A DNA stretch of 64,000 bases from assembly GCF_056746865.1 (NCBI RefSeq), contig NZ_JBWKMP010000003.1; one strand, given 5' to 3'. This stretch comes from a plasmid. The notes beneath the pieces were generated by a model. It did no database searches. It was not told the origin of the DNA and saw only the letters and a list, made by a program, of their open reading frames with translations. Below are positions 1 through 8,323 of the stretch, in pieces. The position numbers and the translations under genes were made by a program. Within the stretch, counting starts at the first letter, position 1; each line of letters starts with the position of its first letter.

Positions 1-99
1 AAGATAGAAGCTCAATTACGAAAGGAGCAGCGTCAGTTGGTGGCGATGACTAACCAGCTATGGAACGCCGCTGTGAAAAAACGTGAGGCTTCCCTATGA
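1..99 (+). CDS. 3' end of an upstream gene (partial, hypothetical)
   Basis: Frame is open from the window edge (KIEAQLRKEQRQLVAMTNQLWNAAVKKREASL*). Its TGA (97-99) overlaps the ATG at 96 of the next gene (ATGA coupling). Confidence 0.4.
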   Translation, partial: KIEAQLRKEQRQLVAMTNQLWNAAVKKREASL

Positions 100-1460
100 C
101 GTTAATTAACTGGGAAGCGCATCGAGCTAAGTTCCTGGAGTTAAGAGAAGAAACCGGGATCACCATAAAAGAATATTGCGAGCAGCATGACCTCAGCTTT
201 AACACCGCCAGAAAGCATCTCAATATGAAAAAAAATGAGGTTAAGGCGAAAGCTAAGGCTACCGGGAAAAGTACAAAACAGCGCGCAAAAAGCAGCGCCA
301 CCGGCTCAAAAAAAGAGCAAAAAAAGGCTAATAAAAGCACAGAATTTACAAAAACTGACAAATCGTTGGCTGGTGGACGGTTCCGCGCCATGCCGCAAAA
401 ACAAAATGCGGATCACAAAGAAAAGCCAAGTAATAACAACAAGATACACAAGGATGTGAAGGGATCATTTTGTGATGAAATGGGAGAAATGATCCCTAAA
501 AGCAGCGATAAAGCCCAACGAAACAAGGGATCATTGCAAATGATCCCTGATTCATCAGCTCAAAGCACCACTTTGCCTGCCACCAACGTCGCCCGTGAGA
601 TGATGAAGAACGGCGCGACTGAACATTTACGACTTGCGATACAGATGGCGCAGGAACGAGCAATTCAGTATCAGGCTATCGTTGACCAGGAAGCGGAGCG
701 ACTACAGGAAGAGATTGACGCCCTCGGTGATACACAGCCAGAGGGGATGCACCCAGGGCAGCGTCTTCTCGGACTGATCAGCGATGCGGCCTACTACATG
801 AATGACTTTATCACCAGGCTGGCAGCCATCTATCAGAACGAGCAGAAGCTACGCCAGGGGGATGAAAAACTTGCGCAGGGCGCGCGTCAGCAGGCATTCA
901 GGGAGGCTGAGGCCAGAGAAAAACTGGCGATTGCCCGCCTACAAGCCGAGCAGCGTGGCAAGGAGATTGAGTATCGCATTGGCGCTGACGCACGCGCCGC
1001 CAGGGTTATCGCCGCCGCTATACGTATGCGTGAGCGCGAGGAGCTGGATGATATAGGTGTTGCTGAATATATCGAGCGGCAGGGCGTCAGTGTCCCGGCT
1101 ATCCTGGCGGCACGAGCGGCAAAAGCGATCTCACTTCTGGAGCCTCCGGTTTCTGACGTTAACGATGTTGATGATGAGCAACTGGATAAAGAGGCGAAGC
1201 AGTTTGCCGAGCAACAAGCTGGACTCCCACAATGGCTTGCACAACGCCGGGCTGAAGTAGCGAAAATCGTTGATAGGCTTGGGATGGGGGATTACGACCG
1301 GAACGGAGAACGTAAAGCCGGTGAATTTGAGGCCAATGATGAAGACCTGAATATAGACCCTTCCGCGACGGCTGATATCTACGGTGATTATGACGCGGGG
1401 GATACCGGTTTTGATGCTGTAGATGACGAGATTGCGATAGACCAGCCGGAGGATGACTAA
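96..1460 (+). CDS. pacA: terminase small subunit, P1 PacA-like
   Basis: 454 aa. N-terminal HTH-like segment (ITIKEYCEQHDLSFNTARKHL) as in P1 PacA. The stop overlaps the large-terminase start (TAATG at 1458-1462). Contains a GATC-repeat cluster. Confidence 0.6.
   Translation: MTLINWEAHRAKFLELREETGITIKEYCEQHDLSFNTARKHLNMKKNEVKAKAKATGKSTKQRAKSSATGSKKEQKKANKSTEFTKTDKSLAGGRFRAMPQKQNADHKEKPSNNNKIHKDVKGSFCDEMGEMIPKSSDKAQRNKGSLQMIPDSSAQSTTLPATNVAREMMKNGATEHLRLAIQMAQERAIQYQAIVDQEAERLQEEIDALGDTQPEGMHPGQRLLGLISDAAYYMNDFITRLAAIYQNEQKLRQGDEKLAQGARQQAFREAEAREKLAIARLQAEQRGKEIEYRIGADARAARVIAAAIRMREREELDDIGVAEYIERQGVSVPAILAARAAKAISLLEPPVSDVNDVDDEQLDKEAKQFAEQQAGLPQWLAQRRAEVAKIVDRLGMGDYDRNGERKAGEFEANDEDLNIDPSATADIYGDYDAGDTGFDAVDDEIAIDQPEDD
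459..548. repeat. four alternating-orientation copies of a GATC-containing motif inside pacA (candidate pac site)
   Basis: AAGGGATCATT at 459-469 and 525-535; its complement AAATGATCCCT at 488-498 and 538-548. Each copy carries a Dam site. P1 pac is a cluster of GATC-containing repeats inside pacA. Confidence 0.35.
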
Positions 1461-2968
1461 TGGCTGGTGGTCGTAAGATTAAGTGCGTCACCAGTGATCC
1501 ACGTTGGCGCGATATGGTTATCAGGTATCGATACAACTTTACCCAGGCGGTTGTCGATATTTTTGGGATGTTCCCCTCCCACCAGCAGCAGCAGATCATT
1601 CAGTCAGTGCAGGAGACGGGGAGCAGGACGACCGTTACGTCCGGACACGGAACGGGTAAGTCGTCCCTTACCGCGATGTTGCTACTAATTTTTATGATCC
1701 TGTTCCCCGACGCCCGCGTCATTATTGTTGCGAACAAAATAGGCCAGGTAAAAACAGGCGTATTCAAATACGTGAAACAGTTTTGGGCGAATGCTGTTAA
1801 GCGCCACGGCTGGTTACAGACCTATTTTGTCCTGTCTGACACCATGTTTTATGAGCGTTCCCGTAAAGGGATATGGGAAGTGCTCTGTAAAGGTTATCGA
1901 CTCGGTAACGAAGAGGCACTGGCGGGGGAGCACGCGGAGCATTTACTGCTAATCCTTGATGAAGCATCGGGCATATCCGATAAGGCGATTAACGTCATGA
2001 CGGGGGCGTTAACGCAGAAAGATAACCGTATGCTCATGCTTTCCCAGCCTACGCGTCCAAGCGGTTACTTTTATGAATCTCACCATTCAAGGGCAAAGGC
2101 AGAAGGCAATCCGGAAGGTGTCTGGACGGCAATAGTCCTTAACTCTGAAGAATCACCATTCGTTGAACCGAGCTTTATTCGTGAGAAATTGCTGGAGTAC
2201 GGCGGCAGGGATTCGCTGGAGTACATGGTTAAGGTGCTGGGCCAGTTCCCGCGTGCAATTAACGGGTATTTGCTTGGTCGTGATGAGTGCGACCGCGCCG
2301 CACGGCGTAAAGTGTTGCTGGAGAAAGATTGGGGCTGGGTAGCGACCGCTGACGTCGGTAATGGTCGCGATAAATCGGTGCTCAATATATGCAAAGTATC
2401 CGGTTATCGTGAGAAACGACGCGTTGTGAACTTTAAGATACTGGAGATGCCAGGCACTATGGACCCGTTGGCTTTTGCCGACTTTATCTATAACGAATGC
2501 ACTCCTGATAAATACCCGAACATCACCATTGCTGTGGATGCTGATGGCTTTGGTTCAGATACGTGTGCGCAGCTTGTCCGCCGTGGTGCTAATCCCGTTC
2601 GCATCCGTTGGGGTAAGCCTATGTTTGCGCTAAGAGACAGAGAACGCTTTGTCAATCAGCGTGCTTACGCCAATATTATGGCAGGGGATGCCATTAAATC
2701 CGGGCGTATGCGTATCGATAGTGACCCCAAAACCGCAGATCAGGCATCAAAAATCCCGTATATGCTTAACGAAGAAGGGAAGGTAGCGATGATGCGCAAG
2801 GAGCACATGCGGCAGAAGTTAAACATCAAGTCACCGGACAGATGGGATACCTACTGCTTCACTATGCTGGTGGATTACGTGCCTGCTAATGAAGACATTG
2901 GCGCAGAACTCGCAACATTCCGCGATCAGGTGTTGGCAGAAGTGGATATTCCTGATATTGACATTTAA
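1460..2968 (+). CDS. pacB: terminase large subunit, P1 PacB-like
   Basis: 502 aa. P-loop TSGHGTGKSS and Walker B LLLILDEASG. C-terminal nuclease-like half (WVATADVGNGRDKSV ... VDADGFG). Translationally coupled to pacA. Confidence 0.8.
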   Translation: MAGGRKIKCVTSDPRWRDMVIRYRYNFTQAVVDIFGMFPSHQQQQIIQSVQETGSRTTVTSGHGTGKSSLTAMLLLIFMILFPDARVIIVANKIGQVKTGVFKYVKQFWANAVKRHGWLQTYFVLSDTMFYERSRKGIWEVLCKGYRLGNEEALAGEHAEHLLLILDEASGISDKAINVMTGALTQKDNRMLMLSQPTRPSGYFYESHHSRAKAEGNPEGVWTAIVLNSEESPFVEPSFIREKLLEYGGRDSLEYMVKVLGQFPRAINGYLLGRDECDRAARRKVLLEKDWGWVATADVGNGRDKSVLNICKVSGYREKRRVVNFKILEMPGTMDPLAFADFIYNECTPDKYPNITIAVDADGFGSDTCAQLVRRGANPVRIRWGKPMFALRDRERFVNQRAYANIMAGDAIKSGRMRIDSDPKTADQASKIPYMLNEEGKVAMMRKEHMRQKLNIKSPDRWDTYCFTMLVDYVPANEDIGAELATFRDQVLAEVDIPDIDI

Positions 2969-2991
2969 AAGCCCCGGCGATTCGGGGCTTG
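2968..2991. terminator. bidirectional stem-loop between convergent pacB and 3006-4043
   Basis: GCCCCG (2971-2976) pairs with CGGGGC (2983-2988), flanked by A/T runs, between two convergent stops. Confidence 0.6.
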
Positions 2992-3005
2992 TGGGTGGCT
3001 TGCGA

Positions 3006-4043
3006 TTACCAGAGTTTTGCCGCGTACATCGTTTGTGTGAATGTGTACCCATAGCGTTCTTCAACGCTTTTACCGTATTTTTTCCTGGCTTCAGTAAGGC
3101 GGATGCCTGTCAGGTCATCGCCGGAGGCAATCATAACTTCCAGTAGTTCCAGGTCCATTTTATCCAGCCTTGCCATTGCATCTTTAGCCTCTTGAATTTT
3201 CCGGCTAACGATCTGGTGTATGGCTGGATCGGCTTCGGCCAGCATTTTATCTGATTTGTTTTTTAAACTCTGATTGCGGATATCAATGTTTCTCAGGATA
3301 TATGACTTCACGACGTAGCTTGGCTGCTGCTTTTCCAGATCACGAACCCGATAAAGGTCAAATTCGCCGAGAAGTCCGCACGGAAGCGGTTTAATGCCAG
3401 TGTAAATGGTAAGGGTGCGGCGCTCACCAACGTTGTTAACAACGGGAATCTCTGTGTTTGCTTTTTTTGCAAAGATCAGCGCACCGTGCGTACCCACTCT
3501 GAAGCGTGAAAGTCCATTGTTGCCCTCAATATTGGTGGTAATCACCACATCGGTATAACCTTCTTTTCTTGCGCGGTATACCTCGCCCTCACGTTCAGCG
3601 GCGAAGAATCTGCGTTCTTCTTCAAGCGCACCGACAACCTGTGAAAATATCCTGTTTTTCATGCTTTTCTTTATAGTTTTATCGTATTTTTTCAGCAGGT
3701 CTTCGCGCGTAAATGTTCTCGTTGTGGTTGCGCTTTGCATAACGATGTGCGTACTCTGATTAGTATCCTCAACAATGAATGGGATCGGTAAATAAACCGA
3801 CTCAACAATGTTTGAGGCTTTGTCATCATCCTTGCGACACAGATCAACAAAGGCTTTCCATTCGGCTATGCATTTTTCAGCTTCTTCTAATACAGCCGGA
3901 TCATGTGTTAATGCAACATGGCGAAATTCCTCGCCAACATAACTGGTATCATGGAAAACAGAGTTTGCGACCACCAGCTCTTTCCACCTTTCAGCGGTTT
4001 GCAGGAACCGTTTGTACTCATTCTCGATCGACTTCTTACTCAT
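3006..4043 (-). CDS. hypothetical protein; candidate C1-type immunity repressor by position only
   Basis: 345 aa from ATG 4043 (MSKKSIENEY...); the track ORF starts further upstream at 4106. It occupies the slot between pacB and the recombination site that c1 occupies in P1. An operator-like TTTTCTAACA lies 19 nt upstream of its ATG. I cannot assert sequence similarity to P1 C1. Confidence 0.4.
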   Translation of the reverse strand: MSKKSIENEYKRFLQTAERWKELVVANSVFHDTSYVGEEFRHVALTHDPAVLEEAEKCIAEWKAFVDLCRKDDDKASNIVESVYLPIPFIVEDTNQSTHIVMQSATTTRTFTREDLLKKYDKTIKKSMKNRIFSQVVGALEEERRFFAAEREGEVYRARKEGYTDVVITTNIEGNNGLSRFRVGTHGALIFAKKANTEIPVVNNVGERRTLTIYTGIKPLPCGLLGEFDLYRVRDLEKQQPSYVVKSYILRNIDIRNQSLKNKSDKMLAEADPAIHQIVSRKIQEAKDAMARLDKMDLELLEVMIASGDDLTGIRLTEARKKYGKSVEERYGYTFTQTMYAAKLW

Positions 4044-4061
4044 TATTCCTACTCGATTTAG

Positions 4062-4071
4062 TTTTCTAACA
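4062..4071. promoter_or_regulatory. operator-like site TTTTCTAACA
   Basis: Member of the dispersed motif family (see findings). Lies in the leader of the 3006-4043 gene. Confidence 0.45.
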
Positions 4072-4146
4072 TAAAAGTCCTGTGACAAATTTATGCTGAA
4101 TAACAAGGTGAGTAAAGGATAAAACCGCTTTTTTTTGATTGTTCCT

Positions 4147-4156
4147 ATTAGAAAAT
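4147..4156. promoter_or_regulatory. operator-like site, variant (ATTAGAAAAT = complement of ATTTTCTAAT)
   Basis: Variant of the TTCTAACA core (TTCTAAT), in the same intergenic region. Confidence 0.3.
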
Positions 4157-4239
4157 GTAACCAGGAGCGGCTACCGCATGGCTGACGGATTTGCGAAGTG
4201 ATCTGGTCGGTGTTTTTTTGGGAAAAAAGTTCCGATTTC

Positions 4240-4271
4240 TAACTTTAAATAATTGGCATTATTTAAAGTTA
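4240..4271. other. rox: rox site (Dre recombinase target)
   Basis: TAACTTTAAATAATTGGCATTATTTAAAGTTA is the exact reverse complement of the published rox sequence TAACTTTAAATAATGCCAATTATTTAAAGTTA (14-bp inverted arms, 4-bp spacer). Confidence 0.9.
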
Positions 4272-4280
4272 GGCTATAAT
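4253..4280 (+). promoter_or_regulatory. sigma70-like promoter overlapping rox, reading toward dre
   Basis: TTGGCA (4253-4258, spanning the rox spacer), a 16-nt spacer, then TATAAT (4275-4280). Lies 144 nt upstream of the dre ATG. Confidence 0.4.
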
Positions 4281-4423
4281 CTCCAGTAAACAGGCAGTAT
4301 TGACAAGGATGAAAAATCATGCCTCGAATCAAAGGCTTGAATTTTGAAAATTAACTTATAACTACCCTGTCAGTTTTCTATTTTTCACGTAGCGTTATCT
4401 GTATATAGAGGTTTAATAGTTTC

Positions 4424-5452
4424 ATGGGTGAACTAGTTATCTCCGGCGGTTCTGGTGGTTTTCTGCGCGATATTGGCACCGAATACCAGGAAGCTGCAAA
4501 AAACTTTATGCAGTTCATGAACGACCAGGGAGCTTATGCTCCAAATACGCTTCGAGATCTCCGTCTGGTGTTTCATTCCTGGGCGCGGTGGTGTAATTCG
4601 CGCCAGCGCCCCTGGTTCCCGATTACGCCGGAAATGGCCCGCGAGTATCTTCTCCAGTTGCATGAGGCCGATCTGGCCTCGACCACCATTGATAAGCACT
4701 ATGCCATGCTTAACATGCTGCTTTCGCAATGTGGCCTCCCGCCGCTGTCGGACGATAAAAGTGTGTCTCTGGCCATGCGGCGCATCCGGCGCGAAGCGGC
4801 AACGGAAAAAGGCGAGCGAACAGGCCAGGCTATACCGTTGCGGTGGGATGATCTGAAATTGCTCGACGTGTTGCTGTCCCGTTCCGAGCGGCTGGTGGAC
4901 CTGCGCAATCGGGCGTTTCTCTTCGTGGCATACAATACCCTGATGCGTATGTCAGAAATCTCGCGCATCCGCGTCGGAGATCTGGACCAAACAGGTGACA
5001 CTGTAACGCTGCATATTTCACACACGAAGACCATCACGACCGCCGCCGGACTTGATAAGGTGCTTTCTCGTTACACTACCGCCGTACTGAACGACTGGCT
5101 GGAGGTGTCCGGACTTCGAGAACATCCGGACGCGGTGCTATTCCCGCCAATACACCGCAGTAATAAGGCCAGAATCACGACAACGCCCCTTACTGCACCT
5201 GCAATGGAGAAAATATTCAGCGATGCCTGGGGGTTGCTGAACAAACGAGATGCCACGCCGAACAAAGGAAGATACCGGACGTGGACAGGCCATAGTGCGC
5301 GTGTTGGTGCGGCAATTGATATGGCTGAGAAACAGGTGTCAATGGTCGAGATCATGCAGGAAGGTACATGGAAAAAGCCCGAAACACTTATGCGATATTT
5401 GCGCCGTAGCGGGGCATCCGTTGGTGCAAATAGTCGCCTGATGGACTCATAA
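4424..5452 (+). CDS. dre: Dre-type (Cre-family) tyrosine recombinase
   Basis: 342 aa. Cre-like layout with the catalytic-region motifs HSARVGAA and TLMRYLR. Matches my recollection of phage D6 Dre over almost the whole length. Adjacent to an exact rox site. Confidence 0.93.
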   Translation: MGELVISGGSGGFLRDIGTEYQEAAKNFMQFMNDQGAYAPNTLRDLRLVFHSWARWCNSRQRPWFPITPEMAREYLLQLHEADLASTTIDKHYAMLNMLLSQCGLPPLSDDKSVSLAMRRIRREAATEKGERTGQAIPLRWDDLKLLDVLLSRSERLVDLRNRAFLFVAYNTLMRMSEISRIRVGDLDQTGDTVTLHISHTKTITTAAGLDKVLSRYTTAVLNDWLEVSGLREHPDAVLFPPIHRSNKARITTTPLTAPAMEKIFSDAWGLLNKRDATPNKGRYRTWTGHSARVGAAIDMAEKQVSMVEIMQEGTWKKPETLMRYLRRSGASVGANSRLMDS

Positions 5453-5457
5453 ATTAA

Positions 5458-5467
5458 TTTTCTAACA
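5458..5467. promoter_or_regulatory. operator-like site TTTTCTAACA
   Basis: The 19-nt string ATAAATTAATTTTCTAACA is identical to the one after ref (25208-25226). Sits at the head of the 5525-9410 operon. Confidence 0.45.
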
Positions 5468-5497
5468 ACCTTTTTAGACAGTGCATTTTAATGTAAA

Positions 5498-5527
5498 GTA
5501 CCCTCGCCTATTGCGGAGGGTACTTTG
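5498..5527 (+). terminator. rho-independent terminator after dre
   Basis: GTACCCTC (5498-5505) pairs with GAGGGTAC (5516-5523), followed by TTTG. Confidence 0.6.
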
Positions 5528-5869
5528 CACAATCGTATTACGGAATCAAAACGCTTCACTGTTGACGGTTACACCATAACCTTCACTGCGGGCGTTAAGC
5601 GCGACCAGGCGGTCGTGGTGTTCGGTGTTATGACCGGACTTGATGCCGTTCCCGTATTTACCCTCGAAAAAAACTGGCGAAATCTGGAGGAAGCTGAACG
5701 CTACGTCCGGAAAGTAACCGTCATTGCTGCTGAAAAACTCCTGGCCCACTATCAGGAAAATTATCGCGCTATGACCGAGAAAATTAACCATGTTTTCACT
5801 CGCCCCACCAGCGGCTTCATTGCCCCTGATGCGAATGCCGGGCGCTATCCGGCAAGGGGGCGCAAATGA
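5525..5869 (+). CDS. hypothetical protein
   Basis: 114-aa ORF with a TTG start just after a GGAGGG that is also the terminator stem. The stop overlaps the next start (ATGA at 5866). The start is uncertain. Confidence 0.4.
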   Translation: MHNRITESKRFTVDGYTITFTAGVKRDQAVVVFGVMTGLDAVPVFTLEKNWRNLEEAERYVRKVTVIAAEKLLAHYQENYRAMTEKINHVFTRPTSGFIAPDANAGRYPARGRK

Positions 5870-6354
5870 AAACTTACTACCCATCCCTGAACTGTTATCC
5901 AACCACTAATCCTGAGCTGTCAGGGAAACTTCTGTCCCTCCTGGCTGATAGTCCTGATGAATGGCATAAGCCTGGTGATATCAACACACAGTTCCCTGAG
6001 TACGGGTGTATCCGCACCCGAAATGAGCTGAAGAACCTCATTGCTCACGGTTTTGTCCGTCACCGTAGCGGGAAAGGCTATCAGTTGGCTATCCCACAAG
6101 GAGAGGCAAGAGAACTCTTTGGCTATCGAGAAAGCCAGACGCAAGCGCGGGTGATCGCAGAAATTATCCGTAATGGCAGCGTCTATGCCCGCAAATTCTG
6201 GCTGTCTGGCGGTGGTGATGCATCACAGTTCTTGCGTGCTGTGCGATCGCTGGAGGAACAAGGTGTTATCGAGAATACCTGCGTCTCCGTTCCGACCGCT
6301 CCGCATATCAAACGCCGGATTTATACATTTACCCGGAGAGCTAAAAAGCAATGA
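5866..6354 (+). CDS. hypothetical protein (possible winged-helix repeats)
   Basis: 162 aa; ATGA-coupled at both ends (5866 and 6351). Confidence 0.6.
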   Translation: MKTYYPSLNCYPTTNPELSGKLLSLLADSPDEWHKPGDINTQFPEYGCIRTRNELKNLIAHGFVRHRSGKGYQLAIPQGEARELFGYRESQTQARVIAEIIRNGSVYARKFWLSGGGDASQFLRAVRSLEEQGVIENTCVSVPTAPHIKRRIYTFTRRAKKQ

Positions 6355-6845
6355 TTAACGTGAAAGTGAAACGCCTTCATCCGGCGGCAAAACTCCCCGT
6401 TTACGCCACCGCCGGATCGGCGGCGATGGATTTTGTTGCTGTTGAAATAACGCCGGGTATCGATAGCAACGGCGCTATTTCCTCAAGCTGGTGGGTGCAT
6501 ACCGGCCTCGCTATGGCGATCCCTCCTGGCTGGTGTCTGAAACTTTATCCTCGTTCCGGATTGGGCTGCAAAAAGCATACGCGCCTGGCTAACTGCGTAG
6601 GAATTATCGACTCCGATTATCGCGGTGAAATCAAAGCAAAACTGATTACAGATCCCGGTGGTGAAGGCGTTTGCCTCAAGCCAGGAATGGCGGTCATGCA
6701 AGGCATTTTTGAGCGTGTTGAACCGGTATCGCTGGTAGAAGTTGATGAACTCGATGAAACAGAGCGAGGTGCTGGTGGCTTTGGTAGCACATCGGAAGAC
6801 CGCATTGAAATCAAGCGTACACCGCTTCAGTACGCAAAGTTTTAA
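6351..6845 (+). CDS. dut: dUTP pyrophosphatase (trimeric dUTPase)
   Basis: Motifs AGSAAMD, PRSGLG, GIIDSDYRGE and C-terminal RGAGGFGST. Confidence 0.9.
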   Translation: MINVKVKRLHPAAKLPVYATAGSAAMDFVAVEITPGIDSNGAISSSWWVHTGLAMAIPPGWCLKLYPRSGLGCKKHTRLANCVGIIDSDYRGEIKAKLITDPGGEGVCLKPGMAVMQGIFERVEPVSLVEVDELDETERGAGGFGSTSEDRIEIKRTPLQYAKF

Positions 6846-6859
6846 GTAGAGGAAAGGCT

Positions 6860-7510
6860 ATGAATAACATGCCAACGAAAGAGCTTTTTAAGTTCCTTCC
6901 CAAATACAAAGCTCACAAAAACGTTAGTGCATCGAAAATTAAAAATGTTGTTATTTTCGGAGTAACTGATGCCCCACTTTGGGGCTGCATCGAACTCGTT
7001 GAACCAAAAGGGGCAACAGTTTGTGTTGACGCAATGTTTTTACAAAAACACCGACCAAAAACTGGCGGGTATCTGATCGTTTATGAAAACGGTTATCTGT
7101 TCTATGCCCCGGAGAAACCATTTGAGGAATGCTATGGCCTGGTTAACGACGCCTCCAAAAATGGAACCACGGTCATCATTACGGATGACAACGGCGTGAT
7201 GATTAATCTTACTGGGAGCGTAACTATTTCTGCTGGTGGCATCACCACCCAGCAAGAAGAAATCGACCTTGAAGCAGCCGACTTCTCTGATGCGCTAATG
7301 TGGTTGAAGGAAGGCAAGAAAGTTGCCCGACGCGAGTGGAAAGGCGAAAAGCAATTCTGCTGGTTAGTTCTCGCTGGAAGCGTCAATTTACACGGCATTC
7401 ACGTTCCTTATGGTGACCATTTTGTATTGAAAGATGCACAAAATATGGACAGCGTTTGGTTGCCGTCTGTGGATGATTTACTGGCCTGTGACTGGTTTGT
7501 TGTGGAGTGA
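6860..7510 (+). CDS. protein with C-terminal DUF2829-like domain (the family that includes Thoeris anti-defence Tad2)
   Basis: 216 aa. The C-terminal 75 aa (DFSDALMWLKEGKKVARREWKGEKQF...VDDLLACDWFVVE) fit the DUF2829 pattern: aromatic-x-A-L-x-x-G-K-K-V-R-R-x-W near the start and D-L-L-A-x-D-W near the end. Confidence 0.55.
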   Translation: MNNMPTKELFKFLPKYKAHKNVSASKIKNVVIFGVTDAPLWGCIELVEPKGATVCVDAMFLQKHRPKTGGYLIVYENGYLFYAPEKPFEECYGLVNDASKNGTTVIITDDNGVMINLTGSVTISAGGITTQQEEIDLEAADFSDALMWLKEGKKVARREWKGEKQFCWLVLAGSVNLHGIHVPYGDHFVLKDAQNMDSVWLPSVDDLLACDWFVVE

Positions 7511-7516
7511 TTTAAC

Positions 7517-8323
7517 GTGGAAAATACCAAGAACATTCAATATCGCTTGCGTAACGGCCTGCTGGTGGATGTAAACGATGATATGTCCCTGCCCTTTGCC
7601 ACCATTGAGCGAACCATCCTTACATACCTGGGCTTAGACGAAGAGTTAGATAGTGAGAATGGCATTGCTATCTGGCGTGACGGAAAAACGGGAGTCAGAC
7701 GTTTTATTACGGCAAGAGGCATTCAGTGCACACAGGAAGAATTGTTTGAACTGGCGCAGTCTTATGGATGCATCGCGTTAGATCCCCTGTATGACCCAGC
7801 CATAGCACAACAACTCATTCGAGAGCTGTCGCTTTCGGTCACGCCAATAATCTTCCGCCAGGGAACCTTAACCGGCACATGGCGTGTAGAACGCATCTCT
7901 AAATATCAGCCATATAATATCCATTTGAACGGCACTATTACTGGTGTGGATCAACCAGTAGCAGGTGAAAACAAAGACCTGGAACTTGCAGTAATGATGG
8001 CAGCTTGTCGCGTGCTTGGCCTGGGCAAGCAGATGTTTATCCATTTCCCAAACGGCGCGGAAGGCGAAGTAGAGCTGATTTCCTGCGACTTTTCCTTAAC
8101 CTGGATGCTTGATGAATTCCTGGACAAAACAGTATTCCGTGCTGAAGAACTGGATATGTATGTCACCTCAAGTATTCCTAATGACGTGAAAGTTGAGGCC
8201 ATCGCTACAGCCAGGGCGAAATGCCGTGCGGCGATTGCAGAACAGGCCAAAGAAGAACAGTCCGATGAAGTCGCGGCAGATGTGGAGGCAGAGGTAGCGG
8301 AGGATGCTGATGCTGACGCCTAA
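7517..8323 (+). CDS. hypothetical protein with acidic C-terminal tail
   Basis: 268 aa, GTG start. Tail EEQSDEVAADVEAEVAEDADADA. Overlaps the next gene by 20 nt. Confidence 0.55.
   Translation: MENTKNIQYRLRNGLLVDVNDDMSLPFATIERTILTYLGLDEELDSENGIAIWRDGKTGVRRFITARGIQCTQEELFELAQSYGCIALDPLYDPAIAQQLIRELSLSVTPIIFRQGTLTGTWRVERISKYQPYNIHLNGTITGVDQPVAGENKDLELAVMMAACRVLGLGKQMFIHFPNGAEGEVELISCDFSLTWMLDEFLDKTVFRAEELDMYVTSSIPNDVKVEAIATARAKCRAAIAEQAKEEQSDEVAADVEAEVAEDADADA

Noticed and set aside
50-391. 113-aa minus-strand ORF at the window start
   Set aside because: It is antisense to the pacA 5' region. Its Phe/Leu-rich sequence is produced by the complement of the Lys-rich pacA sequence.
4300-4305. Perfect TTGACA as the dre promoter -35
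   Set aside because: No acceptable -10 hexamer lies 16-18 nt downstream. The TTGGCA/TATAAT pair overlapping rox is the better candidate.
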